A stretch of 64,000 nucleotides of DNA from Azolla caroliniana (Eukaryota > Plantae > Polypodiophyta), in NCBI GenBank assembly GCA_043228905.1, contig JBHGNT010000010.1:992001-1056000 (forward strand). The letters are read 5' to 3'. The notes beneath the pieces are model-generated. The model searched no databases and was not told where the DNA came from. It saw only the letters and a list, made by a program, of their open reading frames with translations. A program made the translations under genes and the position numbers. Shown piece after piece: positions 40,409-50,725 of this stretch (within the stretch, counting starts at the first letter, position 1; the number at the start of each line of letters is the position of its first letter).

Positions 40409-40687
40409 TTGTAGTCTTTGAGTAGATATGATGAGTTTGGGCTCGATTGCAATGGATAAAGGAGACCTCAAGAGATGTTCATATGTATATGAAGTTCCTT
40501 CTGAAGTGATAGCTAAAGTGTCTTTCACATTGGGGACGAATTCAATAGCTGCTTTAATCACAAACATAATTATATATCTAACCATACATGGACGAGCAAC
40601 TCGTTACAAAGATCTACGCCTTTATGATTTTTATAGTATGAAGTAAGGTTTGAAACTTAAGACGATTCATTCATTCATTATCTAGAT
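40409..40687 (-). pseudogene. Tandemly duplicated, donor-less copy of the AAE13 first coding exon (301-bp period)
   Basis: Encodes MFVIKAAIEFVPNVKDTLAITSEGTSYTYEHLLRSPLSIAIEPKLIISTQRLQ followed by TAA, where the downstream copy (MDVIKAAIG...TQKLQ) has the GTATG donor. Confidence 0.85.
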
Positions 40688-41291
40688 GAGTATCCTCTCC
40701 CATTAACTAAAACTTAAGCCAGAACTTTGAGCAAACGATGTGTAAATAACGTTAATTTAGGCCCTGTTAATGCGCAAATGAGAGAGAGATTATGGGTTAT
40801 ATCGTGTTTTCGTAGTCTGATTATCAATCCATAGTTAGAAGGCGAGGCGGAGGGGCTTTGTGGAAGAGATTTAAAATGGCGCGCCCTCAAAAACAAATCC
40901 AATAGTTCAATCGCCCAAAAACATATCTAAGGGGAAAACAGATCAAAAACAGGGAAAAACACAGAGAGAGAGAGAGAGAGAGAGACCTGAGTGTTTTGTT
41001 TTCCTTCTGAGTTTTTTTTTGATGTCTTTTCTTTCTTCTGAATAAGCTTCTCTAATATTAGTTTTTGTGTTGAGATGGGATTAGAAGACACAAAATAGAA
41101 GAGCAAAAAAGGAATGAATGCTATCTCTCTCTCTCTCTCTCTCTCTCTCTACACTACTTATTTTTTGTACAATACTGCAACTCTTTTAGCTTTAAGTTCT
41201 ATTTTTATTTTATTTTTGATGATTGAGTAAATACCCCATTTTTGTTGTAAACCAATTGTCTTGTGGGCCAAATTTTGGCCTTAGAAGGCGT

Positions 41292-41356
<65 letters not shown>

Positions 41357-42396
41357 CAAGTGGAGTGAGTTCAATCCTCATGACTAAAGACGAGGGCGAG
41401 GCGAAACGAGACGAGACGGGACACGATGATGATGCCTGGAAAAATGTGAGACGAGATGTCAGAGATATGTTTGCCTTGTAGCATAGCATGTCTATTGTCG
41501 ATGCATCATTCCCCTCCCCCCCCCCCCCCCCCACAATTGATCTATCTCGAGCCCAACCCTCGTGACTCCATGTCCACCCCAACCTGGACGAGACAAGTCG
41601 ATGCCTAACATGTCAATTGGGCAAACTGTGGCTTTGAACTATGACAAGGTTTTCCTTAGATATCTGACAGGTTCATGCTATATATCATGAGCCAATATGT
41701 CATTGATACATCTTGTCTCGTCTCTCTATTGAACCCCCCCCCCCCCCCCCTAGATTCGTCTCTAATGAGAACATCGTTTCCAAGAAAAATGTGTAGATCC
41801 ATCTCCAATGAGAACATTGTTTCTAAATAATAAAAATGTGTCAGCTTTTACGTATGGGCAACTATCTTGCTTTCATTTATGACTCGTTTCTTTTTCCGCT
41901 TCTCTTTTTCGTGCGTATGTTCTACGTGGCTACCTGCACATATTTATATACATACATGTATGTGTGGTGGTCATGTGTAAGAACATGAATGTATGAGTGT
42001 TAGTAGTTGTTTGGAAGAAACTTTTTATACATCACTTGTATATCTTATGTATCTTTTTTATCACCTCAATTTGACTTGATTTATTAGTGTACCAATTTGT
42101 GGTACAATACATGCCTCATGCACCATGGTAAAGGACAACTACTTCCATTATAGAGAATATATGCACCATTTTTTCTCCTTTTAGCATTATAGATATTGGT
42201 AGGGTAAAACCTCAAACTAAGGTTATTTTTTAAAATGAAAAAATATACAAAATTGCAGTGCTCAAAGGAGAGATGGATTTCTCCAAATTGGAGACAATCA
42301 TAAGATATTGTATTGAAGAGAATTTGATCAAACAAAATTTGGAGACTAGAAATATGTATTATACTTAAAACTCGAGAAAGAAAAAGAAAAGAGAGC

Positions 42397-43212
42397 GAAG
42401 TAAGTTTTCTGGCTACTCAGCCATCGTGCCCTTCCAACCGGGGAATGGAGCAACAAATTTGGACTGGACCCAACTTGCTACTTGTGTGGTGAAGCAACTA
42501 AATCATCTCAGCACTGCTTGTGGTCTTGCATACACGCATAGGAAATATGGAAGCGAAGTTTACGTATACTATCTCGTAACGAAGGTAATGGAGAGGTCTC
42601 ATGGGTGGCAGCCCAATGGCTCACGACAGACTAGAAATCATTGTTTCCCCCATTCAACGAATCAGGCCCCTTCATGCAACTAGAGCGAGGAACTATAAGG
42701 ATTATTGATTCTCCATCCTGGTCACAAACAAATTAAACAAAGCTAAAGTCATTGTGGACCATACTTGTAGGTCTAACAACATGGCAGATATGGAAGCACC
42801 GTTGGCGAAGGATCTTCCAAGGGAAGCCCATCCCGCAACAAAGGTAATCATGGAACTTTGGGATCACCTCATCACTTTCCTTCGTGGGTCATATGAATAT
42901 ATTCAAGGCGAACAAACTCAATATCCAGGGCATGGGCAACCTTCATTTTGAAATGGAGTGGAACCCCAATGCTTTGATTGCAAGGCGGCAATATACAATG
43001 GTGCAATCTCCCGCTGAAATGGCTCTTCCCACTGAGGACTCCCCCCATGTGACATCCCCCACCGTCCCTAGGCGGTAGAAGGATCCCTCTAGGCTTCATG
43101 TTTTTAGAGGTAATCAAAGCCAGGGAGCTCTATATGAGGCATGGCCCTTGTAAATATTATATCTCCAATATTTCTTCCTAACTAATGAGTAGCATATTTT
43201 TTTGGAAAAAAG
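42397..43212 (+). mobile_element. 5'-truncated L1-like LINE (about 816 bp) with 15-bp TSD
   Basis: TSD aaaagaaaagagagc at 42382-42396 and 43213-43227. zf-RVT-like GLDPTCYLCGEATKSSQHCLWSCIHA*EIWKR. The 3' end reads TAACTAATG...T7-GG-A6. Confidence 0.85.
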
Positions 43213-44289
43213 AAAAGAAAAGAGAGCATGTGGATAATTAAAGGTGTAAAAAAATCAAAGAGACGTATGAAATATTGTTTCTTCTCTTTTTGAGGAAGCA
43301 AAGAGAGTTTAAACATAACGTTGTGTCTTAAAGAAAGCGAAGGCATTGTTGCCTTTGTACATTTTTTAGAGAAAATTTCAATGTTACTTTTGAAGTTTCC
43401 ACAAATGATTGTTTGCACATTCATGAATTACTATATTAGGTTTATAATTGAATCTTAAAACATGAAATGGTGATGTTTGTGCTTTGCACCTTTGAGGTTA
43501 TGGATTAATGTCTCAAGCAATGGGTTTGATGTCGGGTTACTAGTCATGATTTTAGTTTTGACATCATGCACACTAAAGATTTTCTCCTAAGGAAATGTCT
43601 ACATTATGAAGGGATTGAAGGCAATGACAATGTAAAGATAATTTTAGGTTTCCAATTTGGAACATTTCGAAAGGAACAAGGAAAGGAAAGGTTTTAAAGA
43701 CAAACACATAATCTATATGTTCTTTTTTGTCGCTTTAAAGTCAGTGAAATATGTTAAAGGTATTTGTTTGTAAACATTAAGTTGGTTGAAAGAAACAGAT
43801 TACCAAAATATGGCTAAAGTGGTGATGAGTGATAAATGAAAGATTAGTTTCAACAAGATGGATGAACATGCACAATAATATATGATAAAGGACATAAGCG
43901 TATGATGAATGGGAAAAAAGATGATGGAATTAGGAAAGTTGGAACTCATCCACCTACCTATTGTGTAGAACACAAATCAATTTGATTATATTTTTTGGAT
44001 TGCGAATTCTCAAATTGAAGAATTGTCTACTTCATTAAATTATCGATATAATCTGGTTTCCTTAGCTTGTTTAACACCAATCTACAATTAACTAGCATCT
44101 AATGTTATTGCGATGAGTAGTGAGATGTATTAAAATATTCAAAACCATGAGGTGATAAGTAGAATAATCACATGTGCGCCTATATGATAAAAATCCAATG
44201 TCATGTAGCCATTTTAAGATCAGGGCACAACCTCAAGTTGGTTGTAGAGAAAAAAATAATTCATGTGAAAGAGTGTTTACAAACACTTT

Positions 44290-44762
44290 TTTTGTTCAAA
44301 ACAAATTATCCTTCCATTAGTTATAAAGAAAGGTCATAACGGTTACATCATACTAAGTATTTTTTCCCAAGCCCGTCTTGTGTAGACAACGGTTGAGGAA
44401 ACAAATCTATGTACTCCAACATAGAGAAAACAATCCAACAATTACAATCTATTCCCTAGACACTTTGCAAGGTATCCATATCCATAGGCAACAACGAAAA
44501 TAGCTCCATTCGGAAAAAAACCCTCTCAAGTCATAGTTATGAGCCATTCAATACTTCTTCAACCTATACATCTAGGATTTGAATGTGATCAACTACGTTT
44601 TTGGGTTTTTCAAGAGAACCACTTTCCACATTCATGGTTGTAAACTCAACAACTATGCTTCCTCTTTCCCCATCAACCATCTTACCGGATTACCACCAAA
44701 TTCCTGTACATACAACAACAAATTAAGTCAAGTTTCCTCCTCTCCTCATGAGCTTATTCTTG
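44290..44762 (-). mobile_element. Non-LTR retro-insertion (473 bp) with 12-bp TSD
   Basis: TSD tacaaacacttt at 44278-44289 and 44763-44774. The 3' end on the minus strand reads TAACTAATGGAAGGATAATTTGTTTTG-A-rich. Confidence 0.75.
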
Positions 44763-45030
44763 TACAAACACTTTATATGGAGTAATGCTAAATAAAGTTC
44801 TCACTTGTTTATCTTTGGTCAAAAACTTTTCATAATCTTTTACATCACCTACATATCATATTTCATGTTTATATATCATTCGCCTACCAATTTGAATGTG
44901 TCTTGGTGTGTCATGTCTAAGTAAGTTCAAAAGGTTAATCAATTCAAGAATGTCTAGATCCCTACCTGTTTCCAAAATTGGTAAAGTGGTTAACATTGCC
45001 ATGAGCATTGAGATTGCTCCTCTACATTCC

Positions 45031-46300
45031 TTAAATAAGCCCTTCTTCGGCTTCGAACTTCGCCTTCATGCTCTCACACGCCTCCCATACCAACGCCTCT
45101 AGGTCGTACTCCTCTGGTTGATTGCGCGTCGAGCTCTCTTCCGGCGGTAGTGTGTAGCCGCTCGCCGCCCTCTCTTCTCCGCCGCTCGCGGGCCACGTTG
45201 TTGCCAACCGCTCCCCATCGGGTTGCCGACATACCCACTCTAGTTTCGCGTATCTGTATGCCTCCAATAGAGCTCCCTCAAAGGACTCCCACAACTCGTG
45301 AGCTTCTTGAAGCTCCTTGACCTCTTTGTGCACCAATACAGCCGCCACTCGACAAAAATATTCTAGCCGCATCACTTCGTCCACGCCCCTCTTCGTCATC
45401 TCGGCATTGTATGCTTCCATGAACCTCGGGACATCGCCCCTGTTGAATCGGCCAACTCGATCGACCACCCTCTCGACGGCTTGTTGAGCTGCATCTTGCC
45501 TCGCCTTCTTCCGTCGGGCATCCATCACAATCTTCGCCATCATCTCCACAAAGTTGAAGTCTTCGTCTTCCATCTCCATCCTCCCTTGCCGCCTCTTCAC
45601 GTCGGGTTCGCCAAAGATGTCGCGATATTCCGCAAGCACGTGTAGGATCCAAGGCAGGACTGCAAGGGTCTTGAACTAGGGAGTTGAGGAGAAGGAATAA
45701 GACACGAAACGAAAGCTTAGCTCAAGAGGAGAGGAGAATGAATATGACATGAAGATTGAACAAGAGACGGATGGAGGCAAAATACTCAACAAGTTATATT
45801 AAGAAAACACAAACGAATACATCCATGGCGGCATAGGCCAAAACCCAACGACTACAAGAAACCCTAACCGGATAAGTAAAGTAAAGAAGATGAATAAGGA
45901 AACCCTAAGTGAAACCCTAACCCTAAACCGAAATGGGAAGAAGAAGACGCTTAAAACTATGTGGTATACCTTTCAAACTAAAAAATAGTCAACCCCTTCA
46001 CAAGTGACCCCTCACTCCCTTTTATAGTAGTAAAGGGTGAGCACATTACAAGAGGGAGTCAAAACCCCTTTCATTTAACGGGGAATATCTCCCTTGATCT
46101 TAAATCAGTGGGCCTTAACTCTCTCTCTCCTATCACATTCACTCTCAATGCCCACTACTCATTCTACTCTACAAAGTGCACATCACATTTATGCCTCTAC
46201 GAACTTCGTGGTGCACCTTTAGCACCTTAGATTATTACCCTTCCCATTACATTTTGTTAACTTATTCTTATTACACAAATTTACAAGTGCATGTGCAATG
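45031..46300 (-). mobile_element. Fragment of an LTR retrotransposon (gag-like ORF plus upstream LTR/promoter-like region)
   Basis: GC-rich 202-aa ORF with gag-like VGRFNRGDVPRFMEAY...WESFEGALLEAY. Upstream are CTATAAAAG and AAACCCTAA motifs. No PBS or second LTR was found. Confidence 0.45.
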
Positions 46301-46392
46301 TTGCACATCCCCATTTTATTTGTCCCTCTCGGTTTTCTCACCGTAGCCGGAAATCTTCACGACATTGCACATGTACTTGTAAAACCGAGAGG

Positions 46393-46630
46393 AGCCGCCC
46401 TTCTCCAACCAATATGATGGCCTCAAGGGTGGCTCCGATGGAGTTGAAAGACAACGAATAGCCTTCATCCAACAATGGTCGTCCTCTCCCTTTCTTGAGT
46501 CAGTGGGCATCCACATAAGATGGAACTTTTGCGTCCCTACAGGGATTTGTACATAATCGTCTCATTTGTAAAATTTTATAACTAATTGAAGGATTTTTTT
46601 GGGGGAAAAAAAAAGAAAAAAAAATAAAAA
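46393..46630 (+). mobile_element. LINE 3' fragment, same family as the element at 12185-13880
   Basis: Its reverse complement aligns with about 12195-12390 (e.g. actcaagaaagggagagg.cgaccattgttggatgaa.gcta.tcgttgtctt). It ends TAACTAATTGAAGGA-T7-G5-A(n). Confidence 0.8.
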
Positions 46631-47234
46631 CCCAAATGTTCATAAGTTTTCGTTATTTCCTTACAGACACTTGGTCCAACACCTCTCCATCCATCCATCA
46701 TTCATTCATACATATTTGCATGTGTCAAATTCTATGTTCATAGATGTTATTACATAGAGAAAAATATCACAATTTAAGAGCTTAATAAGTCGATCAAATT
46801 TCAACTGCCTTCATGGAAAAAAAGTTGCAAACTCAAACTAAGAAGCTCACAAGAAGAAATTCCCCAATAATATACCTAAGCTTAGTAGTTACACATTAGT
46901 AACTATGTTTCTTAAATTAAATGATCAAATATTATTATGTTATCATACTTGTGTTTTTTATTTATTTAAAAGAGATATGCCTTGGTATTATAAAATCACA
47001 AGAAATATAAAAGTTGTGTTGGATAAATGAGTATACCAACCGACTCCATTGTGCTCACATCATAACTGATTTGATGTGTCTATACAAAAACTACACATAT
47101 TTGTACACCATATCTCTAAGATTTTGATGGTCTACTTCTCCCAAACTGCAACTAACCACATAATGTATGAATAAGTAACAACTAGAATTCAACAATTATA
47201 ACAGAAACATCATGAGTGGCGTTGTCAAATACTG

Positions 47235-47379
47235 ATGTACATTCTAAATTACCTACATAAGAATAGATTAAATTGTCTTCCAAATAATATCATCCCTAAA
47301 TTGCAAACTATCACTTACAAAAGGTTGAACCATATGTATATGAGGAGGAACTATGTGAAAGGCTTCCACTATATCCTCC
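47235..47379 (-). mobile_element. Downstream part of the LINE interrupted by Copia A
   Basis: Removing element A and one TSD copy joins ...LLYEKE to DIVEAFHIV...IIWKTI in frame. Confidence 0.7.
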
Positions 47380-47709
47380 TGTTGAGCGGCAAGCTCAACC
47401 GGAGCCAGATCGGCTGAATAAGCCGGAGCCGGTAAGCGAGATGGATCGGGCGAAACGGATCGGTATGACGGTGAGCAACCGAACCGGCAAGCAATGGAGG
47501 CCGGGTGCAATCCGTAACCAGCAGTCCAATCGGAAGCCTAGAATAGGATAGACTACTAGGTATCTATAGTCTTGTAGTAAGTGTCAGATGCTCGTGTGAG
47601 CATTGAAGTACATGGTACTTCTGTCAGTCCCAAGAGGACTTGTATAAATAGTGCTACTTAGCACAGTGTGTAAACACAAAGTCTTGATATAATTTTGAAA
47701 TTGCGTTCT

Positions 47710-47742
<33 letters not shown>

Positions 47743-47784
47743 GTTGTTCTCTGTTTTACGCTTCCGCAAACACTTACGTTTACA
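47380..47784 (+). repeat. 5' LTR of Copia A
   Basis: Direct repeat of 62898-63298, followed by the PBS. Confidence 0.95.
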
Positions 47785-47878
47785 TGGTATCAGAGCGTGA
47801 GGGTTGAGAACCTCTACTGCAGACATTTACTCTTGAGAAGAAAACCCTAACAGGTCGAAAACAGACACAGTAGAAGAC

Positions 47879-50725
47879 ATGGATAGAGGCATGGCTACGT
47901 CACTCCCGGTGGAGAAGCTCGACAGGAGCAACTACGCATCCTGGTCTTACAAGATGCACCAGTACCTACTTGGACACGGGTACTGGAGTTATGTCGAAGG
48001 AGCGAATGATGCGGCGCCCGACTCGGCACACAAGGACTTCCCGGTATGGGAACAGGCGGCAAGCAGGGTGATGTACTACTTCGCATCCAGTGTCGGCGAT
48101 CAGCTGCTCAGCCACATCCGTGACGCCAAGACACCGAAGGATGCTTGGGGGAACCTGAAAAAGGTTTTCGCCGCAAGCACAACTGCCCGGAAGCTGCAAC
48201 TCAGACAGGAGTTGAGCAATGTTCGACAAAAGAACATGTCCGTGGAAAACTACACGGGCCGGATAAAGGAGATCTGCGACTCGCTCGCCTCTATCAATGT
48301 TACCGTAGAGGAAGACAAGATGGTGCAGGTATGCCTTGGAGGCCTAGCGTCCAAGTTCGGAGCGTTCCGGACTGCGGTGTGTACAAGGGAGAATACCCCC
48401 TCATTCTTCGACTTACAGTCGATGCTCCTTGTAGAGGAGAACCACGTCGGTGCATCAACCAGTGCATCCCCGGACAGTCGAATGTTGTACACGGGAACAG
48501 ATCGGCTCCGTGGGCGTGGTGGAAGAGGTGGGTCGGCACGCAATGGAGGCGGCCGGCAAGAGCAGGAACGAAGGCACTATGAGTGTGCCGATAGCAGTTC
48601 CGGGACTTCCACAAGCAGGGGGAGTCAAGGCGGTGCCGGAGGCCGGCAAGACAAATCCGCTACGGAATGCTGGTATTGTGGCAAAAAAGGCCATAGGGAA
48701 AGCGAGTGCTGGAGAAAGCGTGCCGATTCGGACAAATCCGGATCCGGCAAGACCGGTAAGGATGGCCGGCAAAACTCGCACTACGCAAACGGATCAGGAG
48801 GATCCGGAACCGGAAAGGTCAGTAAGGGGCCAGCCTTGGTGATGAATCACAAGGCAAACTCAATGAAGAAGACCACTTCCAAAACGGAGGAAGTGTGGTA
48901 TGTTGTTTCCGGCGCGTCGAACCACATGACGAGCCACAAAGAGTGGTTCTCCTTTCTGGAGAAACCGGATCAACCAGGAGTAGCCGAAACCGGAGACGAC
49001 ACTCCTCACCCAATCGTGCACGTCGGAGAAGTCCCTCTAAGCCACGTCGGACAGAAAGGGAAGCTGATGAACGTATTACACGTTCCGACAATCACGAAGA
49101 ACCTGGTGTCCGTCGGTCAGATTGTCGACCAGGGGATGTAGGTGCGGTTTACGCACCTCGGGTGCTTCATTGAGGATGAAGGCGAAGTCATTGCGCAAGG
49201 GCGCAGAGACGGGAGGATGTTTATCCTCAACACCAATGACTTAGGCACCGCTCTGTTCGCGGAACGACAGAAGGTCGAGTCGGACATCGACCTGTGGCAC
49301 AAGCTGATAGGCCACGTCAACTACCGGAGGCTTCAAGATCTGCAAACGAAACAAGTCGTTTTCGGTTTGCCGAAGTTCAGCGGCCGGAGAGCCGAAATTT
49401 GTGAAGCCTGCCAACTTGGGAAGCAACACCGGCTTCCATTCCCCACCGAACGGAACCGGAGCCGTAACAAGCTCGATCTCATCCATTCGGATGTGTGGGG
49501 ACCGGCACAGCCTTGGCGGGAGCCGATACTTCGTCTCCTTCATCGACGACTATACTCAGCATACTTGGATCTACCTCATTGAGCGGAAGAGCGAAGTCTT
49601 CGACTGTTTCCGGAGCCTCCAGAAGATGGTGGAACAGGAATCAGAGAGGAAGATCAAATGCCTTCGGTCGAATGGCGGAAAGGAATATTTTTCCGGCCAA
49701 TTCACTAGTTATCTGCAGCAGAAGGGAATTCGGCGAGAGTTCAGCTGCAGATACACACGGGAGCAAAACAGTGTGGCTGAAAGGAAGAACCGGACACTCG
49801 TCGAAGCGGCAAGGACAATGTTGGAGGAGAAGAGCATGCCCCAATTCTACTGGGCGGAGGCGGTCCGGACGGCCGTCTACACACAAAACCTCATTGGTAA
49901 CAAGGTGTCAGCTCATGAGCTGTATTTCGGGCGCAAGCCAAACTTGAGACACCTTCGGATATTCGGTAGCATAGCGTATGTGCATGTGCCGGATCAGAAG
50001 CGGAGAAAGCTGGATGCAAAATCGGAAAAATGCATCCTAGTCGGGTATGCTGAACAGCAAAAGGGGTATAAGTGCTATAACCCCCGGACGAAGGAAGTCC
50101 GAGTTAGCCGGGATGTCGAGTTCGATGAATCGGCATCCTGGTACTCCATACCGACTCCGACTTCTGATCCCAACCCAATGTCGGAAGATCAGGCCAGTGA
50201 GCTTGAATCAGCCCTGGCAGAGGATGATGGAGCCGGGACTCAAGATGAGAGTCCGGAATCGTTACGGTTGAGTGGACCGAACGAGCGGCTGAGTCGGTTG
50301 GACCAATCAGATGTAGAGACGGCAAGTGGTGGAGACTCTGTCGTGCTCTCCCCGCGCAAGGAACCGAGGAAACGGTTCACGTGCAAAGAGAAGGGGAAGA
50401 GGAAGATGCCGGAATTCGAAACCGGCAACGATGAGTCGGATCGGTGCGTATCCGAATCCGGAAAGGAGAAAGGCGGATCTTTGGCAACGAAGACCGAACT
50501 GTCCAAGAAGGGCCTCAAATCAGGTGACGGTGCGTTGCGCAGATGAACCCACCAGAAGGATTCCGTAATACGGTACGGGTACAATGAATACATGGCGCAT
50601 CATTATGCGTACATGACTAAGGTGACAGAAGTGTGCGAGCCGGAGAGCTACGCAGAAGCGGCAAAGGACGCAAATTGGCGTGCCGCTATGGACGAAGAAA
50701 TGCGGGCACTCAATGCCAACGAAAC
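47879..50725 (+). pseudogene. Copia A gag-protease-integrase (to the start of RT)
   Basis: CWYCGKKGHRESEC knuckle, LWHKLIGH...CEACQLGK, SFIDDY, AERKNRT, and EPESYAEA...MDEEMRAL. Confidence 0.9.

Noticed and set aside
41350-41830. Possible MITE with GAGAC motifs and poly-C runs
   Set aside because: Terminal inverted repeats and a TSD could not be defined.
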